DNA of 64,000 nucleotides from Candidatus Latescibacterota bacterium (GTDB lineage: Bacteria; Latescibacterota; UBA2968; GCA-2709665). The translations under genes were made by a program, and so were the position numbers. Location: contig CAXXXF010000006.1 in assembly GCA_963667175.2 (NCBI GenBank), positions 576,001 through 640,000 of the forward strand, written 5' to 3'. The notes beneath the pieces are model-generated. The model was not told the DNA's origin. It saw only the letters and a list, made by a program, of their open reading frames with translations, and did no database searches. This document shows, piece by piece, positions 38,676 to 49,177 of this stretch (positions are counted from its first letter, which is position 1; every line of letters begins with the position of its first letter).

Positions 38676-39941
38676 ATGCAATCCTACCTGCACACCCTGC
38701 GCCTGTTCAACCGCGACGTCCGGCTGCATCTCGCCGCAACGATCCTCTTCGGCTTCAGCCTCTTCGGGGGCATTACCTCCCTTCTGCTCAACCTGTACCT
38801 GCTTCGTCTGGGATACGGACCCACCTTTGTCGGGTGGGTAAACGCCACGGGCGCGTTCTCCTTCGCAGTCTGCAGCCTGCCGGCCGGATTCATGGGGGCC
38901 CGCTGGGACCCGCGTGTTGTCATGATCGCGGGAATCGGCATCGCCATTGTCGGCAATGGCCTTCTTTCTCAGGCCGAACTCGTCTCTCCCGGGGCCAGGG
39001 ACGTATTCATTCTGGCCACCAACGCGCTGGGATTGCTGGGTGTGGCCCTCTACATCGTCAACGGCGCCCCGTACCTGATGGGCGTTAGCGGAGCGCGGGA
39101 ACGAAACCACGTTTTCTCCATGCAGGGCGCCCTCTTTCCGCTGGCCGGTTTTTTCGGAAGCTTCGTCGGGGGCATCCTCCCCGGCCGGATCGCCTGGTTG
39201 CTGAACCTCGCACCCTACAACCCGGCGCCTTTCCGTTACACACTTCTCGTCGCTTCGGCCCTGCTCATTCCGGCTCTGTTCCTCCTCGTCGCCATGCAGA
39301 AACCTCAGATCCGGCAGCCGCGTGAAAGCGCGGATGCATCCGATGCGCCGTTTCCGCTTGGGCTCATCGCTCTGATCGCCCTCAGTTCCCTTCTGCACGT
39401 CGCCGGAGAGGGCGCCGTACGTACCTTCTTCAACGTCTACCTGGACGCCGGGCTGCGCGTACCCACCTCCCTGATCGGCACGATCATGGCCACCGGGCAA
39501 CTACTCGCCGTGCCGGCCGCACTGATGCTGCCGTTCTTCACAAGACGCTTCGGCAATCAGCCGACAGTTGTACTGGCCGCCCTCTGCACCCCCATGATGC
39601 TGATTCCAATGGCCTTAATCCCGCACTGGGTTCCGGCAGGATTCTGCTTCATGAACATTGTGGCTCTGGCCGCCATCCGCCGCCCGGCGTTCGTCGTTTA
39701 CAACCAGGAGATCGTGTCCCCGCGCTGGCGCGCAACCATGTCCGGCGCCTCCTCGATGATGGCGGGCATCGGCTATTCCGTGGTCGCGATGGGCGGCGGC
39801 TACATCATTTCCACCGCCGGGTATCGCGCGCTCTTCCTGACCAGCGCGGCATTTACCGCGCTCGGCACGCTTGTCTTCTGGGTTTATTTCCGTACCCCCC
39901 GGGGCGAATTTGCCCGGCAGCCATCAAAGAATCCATCCTGA
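38676..39941 (+). CDS. MFS transporter
   Basis: About 12 hydrophobic segments, 421 aa. Confidence 0.85.
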   Translation: MQSYLHTLRLFNRDVRLHLAATILFGFSLFGGITSLLLNLYLLRLGYGPTFVGWVNATGAFSFAVCSLPAGFMGARWDPRVVMIAGIGIAIVGNGLLSQAELVSPGARDVFILATNALGLLGVALYIVNGAPYLMGVSGARERNHVFSMQGALFPLAGFFGSFVGGILPGRIAWLLNLAPYNPAPFRYTLLVASALLIPALFLLVAMQKPQIRQPRESADASDAPFPLGLIALIALSSLLHVAGEGAVRTFFNVYLDAGLRVPTSLIGTIMATGQLLAVPAALMLPFFTRRFGNQPTVVLAALCTPMMLIPMALIPHWVPAGFCFMNIVALAAIRRPAFVVYNQEIVSPRWRATMSGASSMMAGIGYSVVAMGGGYIISTAGYRALFLTSAAFTALGTLVFWVYFRTPRGEFARQPSKNPS

Positions 39942-39953
39942 AGGAGACCCTTC

Positions 39954-40847
39954 ATGCAATTTCGAACCCTCGGTAAGACCGGGCTGCGCATTTCCGAAAT
40001 CGGATACGGCGCGGCGCAGATCGGCAACGTCAGCCTGCCCGAAGACCGCGTTGAGAAGGTTCTCAACGCCGTTCTGGACGCCGGTATCAACTTCATCGAC
40101 ACGGCCGCCATGTACGGCGTGAGCGAGGAACGGATCGGGAGGACGATCTCCCACAGACGGGACGAGTACATCGTAGCCACGAAATGCGGCGATTACGTGG
40201 GGGAAACCGACGGTCAATATCACATCGTGAGGGACTACAGCCGGGAGGGCATCCTGCGCACGATCGACGAGAGTCGAAAGAAGCTGAACATGGACGTGAT
40301 CGATATCGTCCAGTTTCACGGGTTGCCGGACCCGGACGACGACGATGAGGCGGCTTTCGAGGCCCTTCTGGACGCCAGGGAAAGAGGTTGGACGCGCTTT
40401 GTGGGCGTGTCGGCAGACGGACCGTCGGCCGCGGCGGCGGCGCGGCGCTGGCCTCTGGATACGCAGGAATTCACCTACAACGTCCTCTACCAGGAATCCG
40501 CACGGGATCTCATGCCGACGTTGAAGGCGCAACGGATGGGCGCCATCATCAAGCGGCCCATATCCAATGCCGTGTGGCAGCTGAGCGAACGTCCCCAGGG
40601 CGACTATATGGGCGGACCCTGGGACCGGGCGCAATCCATACCCCTGGCCGACCTGGCAGGCGAGATGCCCATCCTCGAATTCGTCCTGCGTTTCACGCTT
40701 TCGCATCCGGACGTCTGCACCGCCATCATCGGCTCCACCAATCCCGACCATATCCGCGCCAACGTCGACGTCTCCGACGGACGCCGACTGCCCGACGCCG
40801 TCGTGCGGGAAGCCAGGGCGGCGTTTCAACGACAATTCGGCGCGTAA
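39954..40847 (+). CDS. Aldo/keto reductase
   Basis: GINFIDTAAMYG, VATKCG, DIVQFH. Confidence 0.9.
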   Translation: MQFRTLGKTGLRISEIGYGAAQIGNVSLPEDRVEKVLNAVLDAGINFIDTAAMYGVSEERIGRTISHRRDEYIVATKCGDYVGETDGQYHIVRDYSREGILRTIDESRKKLNMDVIDIVQFHGLPDPDDDDEAAFEALLDARERGWTRFVGVSADGPSAAAAARRWPLDTQEFTYNVLYQESARDLMPTLKAQRMGAIIKRPISNAVWQLSERPQGDYMGGPWDRAQSIPLADLAGEMPILEFVLRFTLSHPDVCTAIIGSTNPDHIRANVDVSDGRRLPDAVVREARAAFQRQFGA

Positions 40848-41014
40848 CGGGACGAGACCTGCCCCTGAAGGCGGTGAGACGGGAGAGGGTAGACGGTAGA
40901 TGAAGGCATTTTCAGCAGTGTTTCCGCATAGACCATGCCTGCTAATTTACCGTTATCGTAACCACCAAAAGAACCATAGGGCACTCATATCCTCTCCCGT
41001 CTCACCGCCTTCTC

Positions 41015-41195
41015 CTGACCACTGACCACTGATCACTGGCCACTGCTTTTCCGGCCTCCCAGACCTCCCCTCTTCCCCCCTTCCCGGGGGAAGGAGGGAA
41101 CTGTCAACGCTTGATATACGCCCGGTTCTGCTCCCCCTCTCCCCCTGGGAGAGGGGGTTGGGGGGTGAGGGTCTCCCCCGTGGGAGAGGGGGCCT
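41015..41195. repeat. Heptamer tandem repeat plus C/G-tract hairpins
   Basis: ctgacca ctgacca ctgatca ctggcca; ccccctctccccctgggagaggggg and related hairpins. Confidence 0.65.
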
Positions 41196-41524
41196 GTCTG
41201 CGCAAGTTATCTGAATATGAGACAATACGCAATTTAAATTTCGCAATATAAAACACGATGCCGCAGGCTTCCGTCGCCACGTCGAGAATGACGTCAGAAA
41301 CTGCAAAACATGCGAAAAAACGAAAAATCCGTGGCTGAAATCAGTTGCCACAATAGGCCTGCATGCAGGGCCCGTCTGCCGTTCCGACGGGACAAACAGG
41401 AACAGACAAGCGCCCTTGCCTTGCTGACTTTTCCTCATGGGGGTCGTGACCCGTGACCTCTTCGACGGGCGGTCTCTCCGCGCCGAAATGATCACGTTTT
41501 CATTGACACGGGGTTATTTTTTCA

Positions 41525-41553
41525 TTGACAACTAAGCATTCGAAATGTATTAT
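41525..41553 (+). promoter_or_regulatory. Sigma70 promoter
   Basis: TTGACA-N17-TATTAT; Fur-box-like gataattatagtaataaaa (13/19) at 41563-41581. Confidence 0.75.
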
Positions 41554-41703
41554 AGGGCGGGCGATAATTATAGTAATAAAACATTTATTATATATACGTA
41601 ATATTCGACTGGTTTGCGAATCGGCTCGTGCAGGTAGCGACCGCCGCGCAGCGCGCAGGAACAATCAGGGATCCGTAGCCTACGCACCAGGGAGGGTAAT
41701 CTC

Positions 41704-42099
41704 GTGGATAAATCCCACATTCTGGCACACAGTAACGAGAACGGGCAACCCACGTGCGTCTATCGCTGCGGTAAGGGCGGCGTCCACGTCTTTTACGGAT
41801 ACGTAAACATCGGCATGCCGCCGGAGCACTTTCGTCGGTTTACGGATGCGGTGATTGACGTACTGAATCGCATCACGGACGGCGATTGGGACGGCTACGT
41901 GACCCTCCACTATGGCACGACCTCGCTCATTCTGCCTCAGGAGGAGTTCATCCCGTTCGCCGTTACGATTCGCGTGGCCGCCGAAGCCCTCGAGGTCTCT
42001 GAGGCGGGCGACAAGACGAGGCGCCGCAGACCTGAGGCCCTTCCGGACCCCTTCTGCGACCACATCTTTCAGCCGTACGATGGAGACCGATTGAACTGA
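41704..42099 (+). CDS. Small Cys/His hypothetical protein heading the iron locus
   Basis: GGAGG RBS; CVYRCGKGGVH motif. Confidence 0.6.
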   Translation: MDKSHILAHSNENGQPTCVYRCGKGGVHVFYGYVNIGMPPEHFRRFTDAVIDVLNRITDGDWDGYVTLHYGTTSLILPQEEFIPFAVTIRVAAEALEVSEAGDKTRRRRPEALPDPFCDHIFQPYDGDRLN

Positions 42100-42191
42100 A
42101 ACGTCAGAAGTCAGTGGACAAACCCTCGGGCGAAGCCGGACCCGCACCGGAAAAATGTGACGCGCTTCGATGACGTTTGAGGAAATTCCGG

Positions 42192-42220
42192 TTGACACAT
42201 AAGTCATCGAAGTGTATTAT
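42192..42220 (+). promoter_or_regulatory. Sigma70 promoter of the heme uptake operon
   Basis: TTGACA-N17-TATTAT followed by AT-rich tract. Confidence 0.75.
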
Positions 42221-42386
42221 CTTAATTTCATAAATTTTATATATATAACAGATGACATTCTTACAAAATGACCGACGGATATGCTTAATGTTTGCCCGGT
42301 ATGCAAATTATCCGGGGTGTTCATCCAGGCCATTTGCTACGTCAGCAGTCTTGCGCTCCCCTCGCGTGGTTCTGTACGGTTCACCA

Positions 42387-43286
42387 ATGTCTAAGTTCGG
42401 ACGGATCATATTGATTCTGTTGGGGCTTATCCTCACGATAGTCCCATTGGCGCGGGCTGGATTCGATGACGGCGGCGGCAGTCGCTCCACTGCCCCGCGC
42501 ATTGTATCCGTCGGCGGATCGCTGACTGAAATCGTCTATGCCCTGGGCGCGTCTGACGCGCTCGTGGGAACGGACACGTCCAGCGGGTATCCGGAAGCGG
42601 CTACCCGGCTGCCCCAGGTGGGTTATCAACGGCGGCTCTCTGCCGAGGGAGTGCTGTCGCTCAACCCGACGCTGGTGCTGGCCACCGCCGACGCCGGCCC
42701 GCCCGCCGCGATGGAGCAGATCCGCTCTGCCGGAGTGCCGGTATTGACGGCGCCGAGCGCACGAACGCCCGAAGGAATCAAGGAGAAGATCCGCACGGTG
42801 GCCCAGGCGCTCGGACGCGAGGAAAGGGGAGAGGAATTGACGCGGGTCCTGGACGCGGACCTGCTCCTGGCGAAGGCTTTTGTGGCCGGCGCCAACAAGA
42901 AACCGAGGGTTCTCTTCATCTATGCCCGCGGCCAGGGCACAATGATGGTGTCGGGATCCGGCACGTCGGCGCACACGATGATTCAACTCTCCGGAGCGGA
43001 GAATGCGGTTAGCGGATATGACAATTACAAGCCGCTTACCGCCGAGGCTGTGGTGGCCGCCGAGCCCGACGTGATTCTCATGCTTTCGTCGGGTCTCGCA
43101 AGCCTTGGCGGCGTGGACGGCCTCCTGAAAGCGCCCGGGGTCGCGCTTACCCCGGCCGGCATGAATCGCCGGATCGTGGCGATGGACGGACTCTATCTGC
43201 TCGGATTCGGCCCGCGCACGGGAAAGGCGGTGCTGGAACTGGCTCGAGAATTCCATTCGGAGACGTGTGTTTCCAGGGAACAATAA
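42387..43286 (+). CDS. hmuT: Heme ABC transporter substrate-binding protein
   Basis: RIVSVGGSLTEIVYALG, VGYQRRLSAEGVLSL, GFGPR. Confidence 0.9.
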   Translation: MSKFGRIILILLGLILTIVPLARAGFDDGGGSRSTAPRIVSVGGSLTEIVYALGASDALVGTDTSSGYPEAATRLPQVGYQRRLSAEGVLSLNPTLVLATADAGPPAAMEQIRSAGVPVLTAPSARTPEGIKEKIRTVAQALGREERGEELTRVLDADLLLAKAFVAGANKKPRVLFIYARGQGTMMVSGSGTSAHTMIQLSGAENAVSGYDNYKPLTAEAVVAAEPDVILMLSSGLASLGGVDGLLKAPGVALTPAGMNRRIVAMDGLYLLGFGPRTGKAVLELAREFHSETCVSREQ

Positions 43287-43287
43287 C

Positions 43288-44418
43288 GTGGGCGCCACCG
43301 GCGAGCTTTCGTCCGGTCCGATACCTGAGCCGTCGGAAGCGGGCATCGATGCAGACCGCCCGGACCGGCGCAAGAAACGCGCGGTTGTGGTTCTTTCGGG
43401 GTTGGGCGTGTTGCTGGCCGGGATGACCGTAGCCTCTGTCGGCGTGGGAGCGGTCGCAGTATCTCCAGGGCAAATCCTGGCTATGTTCGGCGAACGGGTC
43501 GGCGTATGGATGCCCTGGACGTTCCAGCCTCAACAGGAGGCGGTTGTCACGGCAATACGTCTTCCGCGTGTGCTGCTGAACGTGCTGGTCGGCGCCGGGC
43601 TGTCGGTTTCCGGGGCAGCGATGCAGGGACTCTTCCGCAATCCCCTCGCGGACCCGGGCCTGGTGGGCGTGTCCAGCGGCGGCGCTCTGGCAGCGGTCTC
43701 CGTGATCGTGCTTGGCGCCACGGTGCTGGAGGGTCTCACGTCCGCGCTCGGGATGTTTACGCTTCCCCTTGCGGCATTCGCCGGCAGCGTTGTGACCACC
43801 GTGATCGTGTACAGGCTTTCCAGCGCGCGGGGACGTACCATCGTGGCCACGATGCTGCTGGCCGGCATCGCCGTCAATGCGCTGACGGGTTCCGTAACCG
43901 GCCTGCTGACTTTCGCGGCGACGGACGAGCAGCTTCGAAATATCACCTTCTGGAGCCTGGGCAACATGGGCGCGGCCACCTGGACGTCCGTCGCTTCCGT
44001 GACCCCTTTCATCCTGATCGCCGTCAGCCTTCTTGTCCGGTACGCCAGGCCGTTGAACGCATTTCTGCTGGGAGAGGCCGAAGCGGGACATCTCGGCGTG
44101 CCGGTTCAGCGTATGAAACGTGAGATTGTGACCCTGACCGCGCTCGCGGTGGGCGCGTCGGTTGCCGTTACCGGCATCATCGGGTTCGTGGGGCTGGTGG
44201 TACCCCACCTGCTTCGCCTCACCGTGGGCCCGGACCACCGCTACCTGATGCCCGGCGCCGCGTTGCTCGGCGCGTCCCTCCTGATGGGGGCCGACCTCGC
44301 CGCCCGCACCGTCGTATTGCCGGCTGAACTGCCTATCGGAATTGTGACGGCCATCGTCGGAGCGCCTTTCTTTCTCTATCTGCTGCTGCGAAGCAAGCAG
44401 ACGATGCAACTGCTATGA
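43288..44418 (+). CDS. hmuU: Heme ABC transporter permease (FecCD)
   Basis: RLPR, QGLFRNPLADP, GIIGFVGLVVPH. Confidence 0.9.
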   Translation: MGATGELSSGPIPEPSEAGIDADRPDRRKKRAVVVLSGLGVLLAGMTVASVGVGAVAVSPGQILAMFGERVGVWMPWTFQPQQEAVVTAIRLPRVLLNVLVGAGLSVSGAAMQGLFRNPLADPGLVGVSSGGALAAVSVIVLGATVLEGLTSALGMFTLPLAAFAGSVVTTVIVYRLSSARGRTIVATMLLAGIAVNALTGSVTGLLTFAATDEQLRNITFWSLGNMGAATWTSVASVTPFILIAVSLLVRYARPLNAFLLGEAEAGHLGVPVQRMKREIVTLTALAVGASVAVTGIIGFVGLVVPHLLRLTVGPDHRYLMPGAALLGASLLMGADLAARTVVLPAELPIGIVTAIVGAPFFLYLLLRSKQTMQLL

Positions 44419-45278
44419 TCGAAGCGGAAGAGGTCTCAGTACACATCGGCCGAAAGGCCCTGCTGAATCGCGTCAGCATCCAGGTCCGGCCGGGTGAAAT
44501 CGTTGCCGTCGTGGGTCCCAACGGATCGGGGAAGACCACGCTCTTCAGGGTGTTGTGCGGCGACCTGTCGCCGTCGACCGGCGCGGTGTGGCTCGAAGGC
44601 TGGCGCCTGGACGATTGGGCCTCGGCCGAACAGGCTCGCAAGCGCGGGGTGCTCCCGCAGTCCGCCACCCTGGATTTCCCTTTTACGGTTCTCGAGGTCG
44701 CGGTGATGGGTCGGATGCCGCACCTGGAGGGCTCGGAGGGATCCACAGACTACGCAATTGCGCGCGCCAGTCTGGGCCTGGCGGGGGTTGGCAATCTGGA
44801 AGACAGGACGTACACGACGCTTTCGGGAGGCGAACGGCAGCGCGTGCAGTTCGCGCGGGTTCTCACACAGATCGGCGAGCATCAGTCTGAAGGCCGGCGA
44901 TACCTTCTGCTGGATGAACCCACCTCAAATCTGGATCTCGCGCACCAGCACCGGATTCTGTCCACGGCACGCGGTTTCGCCCTCGAGTCGACCGGCGTAC
45001 TGGCCGTGCTTCACGATCTGAATCTGGCCGCTCAATACGCGGACCGCGTCCTCGTATTGAAAGAAGGGGAAGAACTCACTTCCGGTGAACCGTCGGTGGT
45101 ATTTACGGAGGGCGTCATCGAACGGGCCTTCGACGTGCGGGTGCGGGTGATTCCCCATCCCGCTATGGAGTGCCCGCTCATTGTCCCGCTGCCCGAGGCT
45201 TCCGAAAAACCGGGAACCGCCCCCACGGTCGGTGGCCTGATGTCCGGTGTCGAACCCGGAAAAGCGTACGGTCACTGA
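44415..45278 (+). CDS. hmuV: Heme ABC transporter ATPase
   Basis: GPNGSGKT, LSGGERQRVQFARVL, LLDEPT, LHDLNLA. Confidence 0.92.
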   Translation: MIEAEEVSVHIGRKALLNRVSIQVRPGEIVAVVGPNGSGKTTLFRVLCGDLSPSTGAVWLEGWRLDDWASAEQARKRGVLPQSATLDFPFTVLEVAVMGRMPHLEGSEGSTDYAIARASLGLAGVGNLEDRTYTTLSGGERQRVQFARVLTQIGEHQSEGRRYLLLDEPTSNLDLAHQHRILSTARGFALESTGVLAVLHDLNLAAQYADRVLVLKEGEELTSGEPSVVFTEGVIERAFDVRVRVIPHPAMECPLIVPLPEASEKPGTAPTVGGLMSGVEPGKAYGH

Positions 45279-45343
45279 CGCGACCGGCCGGCTTCCGTTT
45301 CGAGAGTCCCCGGACGAACCCGGTGACAGGATGGAGAAAACCA

Positions 45344-47758
45344 ATGTCAAACGCGAATTCCACGGGCAATCGTCGTCAGTCCGGGCGATCGGTAGCGGTC
45401 GACAAACGGGGAGGGTGTCTTGCAAACCGCCGTTTCCTGAAGGGTTTGAATTGGTCCGGATGCTTCGTGTTCCTGATCTGCTTCTGCAACGCCGGCATGG
45501 CGAACGACGCTTCGGGTCGTATTGAGGGCGTGGTGCAAACCACAGGCGGGACGCCGCTGGCCGATGTCAACGTCTCCGTTTCAGATAAGCGATGGGGAGC
45601 GGTGAGTTCCGCCACCGGGCGCTTTTCTCTGATCGGTGTTTCCGGAGGCGAACGTACCGTTGTCGCGAGTCTGGTCGGTTACACGAGTACCCGCCTGCAG
45701 GTCGACGTTGCGGCGAACGCCGTCACCAGGATTCGTATTGTATTGACGCCGGAGACAACGGCGCTCCCCACAATCGTCGTCACCGGCACCAGATCGGCGC
45801 AGCGCATTGAAGACACACCCATCCAGACGCAGGTCATCACCAAACGTGAAATTGACGGCACTGGCGTGGTGGACCTGGGAAGTCTCCTGGCGGAACAGAC
45901 CGGGATTTCCGTGATCTCGGACCACGGCGCCGGCGTACAGATGCAGGGGTTCGATCCTGATTATACGCTCATTCTGGTCGACGGCGAACCCGTTATCGGG
46001 CGTACGGCGGGGACACTCGACCTGGACCGGTTCCTGGTGAGCAATCTCGAGCAGATCGAGATTGTCAAGGGTTCCACGTCCTCTCTTTACGGAAGCGAGG
46101 CCCTGGCAGGCGTGATCAACCTGATTACGCGCCTGCCGGAAAAACCGTTCTCCGCGTCCATTCGACCCCGCTACGGCACCTTCGGCGCCCTGAATCTTAG
46201 CGGCGAACTGGAGTCTCGACAAGATGAAATCGGGATCTCACTTTTCGTGGATCGAAGCCGCAGCAGCGGATTCGATCACACGCCGGAGACGGTCTCGCCT
46301 ACGGCGCCCGAAACCGTCGCCTACACGGTCAGTCCCAAAGTGGTCTACCAGCCGAACGATCGGGTGACGCTTTCGCTGTCCGCAAGGGCATTCCGGGAAC
46401 GCCAGAACAGTCCGGAAGAGATCAGTTCGCGTAGCGGGACCGTGCCCATTCACCGGGACGCGCGCCTGACGGACTGGAATATCAACCCGAGGCTCGTCTT
46501 CCGATGGACGCCCGGTCTTCGGATCGCCGGAAAGCTCTATACTGCCCGATATCAGACCAGAAGCGAACGCACCCGCAGCGATAACGGCGAGGCGTACGAC
46601 CTGGCGACCTTCGACCAGAACTACCACAAAGCCGAATTGCAGGCCCATTCGCTGATCGGCAACGCCAGTATCGTTACTCTCGGCGTGGGCGCGGTGTGGG
46701 AATCGGTCGAGGCGGACCGCATCACCGGCGGGCGTCAGTCCTCGCGCAGCGCATTTGCCTTTCTCCAGGAAGAATGGTTGCCGGCGGCGTGGCTCGACGT
46801 TGTCGTCAGCGCGCGCATCGACGCACACAGCGACTACGCGACCCGCGTGAGCCCGAAGGCCGCGTTGCTTATCAAGCCCCTGCCCTGGTTACGTCTTCGC
46901 GGATCCTTAGGAAGCGGCTTCAAGGCGCCCACGTTTCAGCAGCTGTACCTGGACTTCACCAATCCAACGGTCGGATATTCCGTACTCGGCTCCGCCTACG
47001 TCCGCGAGGGAATGGCTCTGATGCAGGACGAGGGCCGGATTGCCGCCGTGCTGCAGGACGTCGAGACGCTGGAGCAGATTCGCGCCGAAAGTGCGGTTTC
47101 TTACAACACGGGCATCGAGATCGCGCCCGGAGGACGTGCATCCGCCAGGGTCAACGTCTTCCACAACAACGTGCAGGATCTCATCGAGGCTTCGCCGATC
47201 GCACGCAGGAAGAGCGGCCAGAGCGTGTATACGTATTTCAACCTGAGCCGCGTCTTTACCCGAGGTATCGAAAGCGAAGTCAAGATACGCATTTCCGAAG
47301 AGGCCGGACTGTCGGCGGGTTACCAGTACCTGATTACGGGAGACAGGGACGTGCTGGACAGGCTGGAAGACGGCAAAGTCGTGACCGTGGATTCGGAGAC
47401 CAACAAACTTCGCCGCGTCGAGACCCCGGAATACGGCGGCCTCTTCAATCGCTCGACCCACACCGCCACGCTGCGCCTTTTCTATCGGAACGAGGGGACC
47501 GGCCTGGGCGGCAGCCTGCGCGGGGTATACCGGGGTCGATACGGTTACCGGGATCGCAACCTGACCAACGTCCTTGACGCGCCGGAAGAGTACGCGCCGG
47601 GCTACGGCCTCTGGCACGTATCGCTATCCCAGCGGATAGAGGATTTCGCCGCAACGATTCGGCTGGGTGTGCGGAACGTCTTCGACGAAAAACGGCTGGA
47701 CTATGTTCCCTCGCTGCCCGGCCGGATGCTTTACGCGGATCTGACAAGGGACTTCTGA
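45344..47758 (+). CDS. TonB-dependent receptor with N-terminal carboxypeptidase-regulatory-like domain
   Basis: IVVTGTR, LILVDG, IEIVKG..SSLYGSEALAGVIN, NVFD, terminal F; start uncertain. Confidence 0.9.
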   Translation: MSNANSTGNRRQSGRSVAVDKRGGCLANRRFLKGLNWSGCFVFLICFCNAGMANDASGRIEGVVQTTGGTPLADVNVSVSDKRWGAVSSATGRFSLIGVSGGERTVVASLVGYTSTRLQVDVAANAVTRIRIVLTPETTALPTIVVTGTRSAQRIEDTPIQTQVITKREIDGTGVVDLGSLLAEQTGISVISDHGAGVQMQGFDPDYTLILVDGEPVIGRTAGTLDLDRFLVSNLEQIEIVKGSTSSLYGSEALAGVINLITRLPEKPFSASIRPRYGTFGALNLSGELESRQDEIGISLFVDRSRSSGFDHTPETVSPTAPETVAYTVSPKVVYQPNDRVTLSLSARAFRERQNSPEEISSRSGTVPIHRDARLTDWNINPRLVFRWTPGLRIAGKLYTARYQTRSERTRSDNGEAYDLATFDQNYHKAELQAHSLIGNASIVTLGVGAVWESVEADRITGGRQSSRSAFAFLQEEWLPAAWLDVVVSARIDAHSDYATRVSPKAALLIKPLPWLRLRGSLGSGFKAPTFQQLYLDFTNPTVGYSVLGSAYVREGMALMQDEGRIAAVLQDVETLEQIRAESAVSYNTGIEIAPGGRASARVNVFHNNVQDLIEASPIARRKSGQSVYTYFNLSRVFTRGIESEVKIRISEEAGLSAGYQYLITGDRDVLDRLEDGKVVTVDSETNKLRRVETPEYGGLFNRSTHTATLRLFYRNEGTGLGGSLRGVYRGRYGYRDRNLTNVLDAPEEYAPGYGLWHVSLSQRIEDFAATIRLGVRNVFDEKRLDYVPSLPGRMLYADLTRDF

Positions 47759-47914
47759 GCAAGCCCGGGCCATTTCAGAGAGGACGCCGTATAGACCTGA
47801 CGCGTGATGTGCCGCAGACGTCGAACCGTCCGTGCTTTCAGCCGGAAATTCAGCCGAATCCTCGAACTTCATTGAAACGCGAACAACGTCAACCCTTTAT
47901 GTATCGGGAGGTCT

Positions 47915-49156
47915 ATGAAGCGATTTCACATATGGTGCGTCATTCTGTTGCTCACGCTGCCCGTGAACGCAGCGGGCGAGGACGACGGGTCGGAACCCCG
48001 AATGAAAATCACGGGATACGGCGAACTCATTTATTCCCATTTCGATTACGGCCCCGACCAGAAGAGCAGCCCGGCGGGTTCGCCGCCTGACAGCCGCGCG
48101 ACCATCGACGTCACGCGTCTCGCTCTCGAACTGGAAACCCGCCTGCTTCACGGCGTCGAGCTGGAAGCTGAACTCGAAATCGAACACGGCGGCACCGGGG
48201 GCGCCCTCGAAATCGAATACGAGGAATTCGGCGAATACGAAACCGAAGTGGAAAAAGGCGGCGAAGTCATCCTCGAGGAACTCTACATCCAACGCGAGTT
48301 CAGCGACGCCTTCAACGTCCGCCTCGGCCACTTCTACGTTGCCGTGGGTCTTACCACGGAGCAATACCATCCCACGGACTTTTTCGGAACCCGCCGTCCT
48401 GAGTCGGAAACCTCGGTGATCCCCGCGATATGGCACGAAACCGGCATCGAGGTCAACGGCCGCATGAATCGTCTGAGCTACCAGATTCAACTCGTCAACG
48501 GCCTGGACGCAACGGGTTTCAGTTCTCAGAACTGGATTGTGGGGGGCCATCAGACGCGCTTCGAGGAAGTCCGCGCGTCGAACATGGCGCTTGCGGGTCG
48601 GTTGGACTACCGCGTCGCCGACGGTCTCACGCTTGGCGTATCGGGCTATCGCGGCGACAGCGCCGACAACCGTCCAAAGCCCGATATGAAAGGCGTGGAC
48701 GCCACTGTGTCCATCTTCGACGTCCACGCCGTGCTGCGGTACAATCGTTTTCGCGCGCAGGGGATGTACCTGTATGGAAGTCTGCAGAACGCGGATATCG
48801 TAAGCGAGCGCAACCGTTCGTTGTCGAATAATCTGGACGTGTTGCGCACGCCCGTCGCCAGCGGCGCCTTTGCGTCTTACGTCGAAGTCGGTTGCGACGT
48901 TCTGCCCACGTTTTCTTCACGTCGGCAAGATCAGCTCTACGTGTTCCTGCGATTGGACAGTTACGACACGATGGCGAGTGTGCCGGAGGGTTTCTTCGAC
49001 AATCCTCGCTTCAAACGCAGCGTCTATACGCTCGGACTCAACTACATCATGGACAACGCGGTGGTTCTCAAGGGCGACTATGCGATGCGCCGCCTGGGCG
49101 CCTCGAGATTCAACGGTGAAAACACCGCCAGTTTCGCGTTCGGTTTTCAATTCTGA
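47915..49156 (+). CDS. Outer-membrane beta-barrel (porin-like) of imelysin iron loci
   Basis: Signal peptide, amphipathic strands, acidic EIEHGGTG...EYEEFGEYETEVEKGGEV loop, terminal F. Confidence 0.75.
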   Translation: MKRFHIWCVILLLTLPVNAAGEDDGSEPRMKITGYGELIYSHFDYGPDQKSSPAGSPPDSRATIDVTRLALELETRLLHGVELEAELEIEHGGTGGALEIEYEEFGEYETEVEKGGEVILEELYIQREFSDAFNVRLGHFYVAVGLTTEQYHPTDFFGTRRPESETSVIPAIWHETGIEVNGRMNRLSYQIQLVNGLDATGFSSQNWIVGGHQTRFEEVRASNMALAGRLDYRVADGLTLGVSGYRGDSADNRPKPDMKGVDATVSIFDVHAVLRYNRFRAQGMYLYGSLQNADIVSERNRSLSNNLDVLRTPVASGAFASYVEVGCDVLPTFSSRRQDQLYVFLRLDSYDTMASVPEGFFDNPRFKRSVYTLGLNYIMDNAVVLKGDYAMRRLGASRFNGENTASFAFGFQF

Positions 49157-49177
49157 ATTCATAAGGAGGAAACACCC

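Noticed and set aside
27180-41195. CRISPR array among short repeats
   Set aside because: Repeats are heptamers or isolated hairpins with no repeat-spacer periodicity; no cas genes
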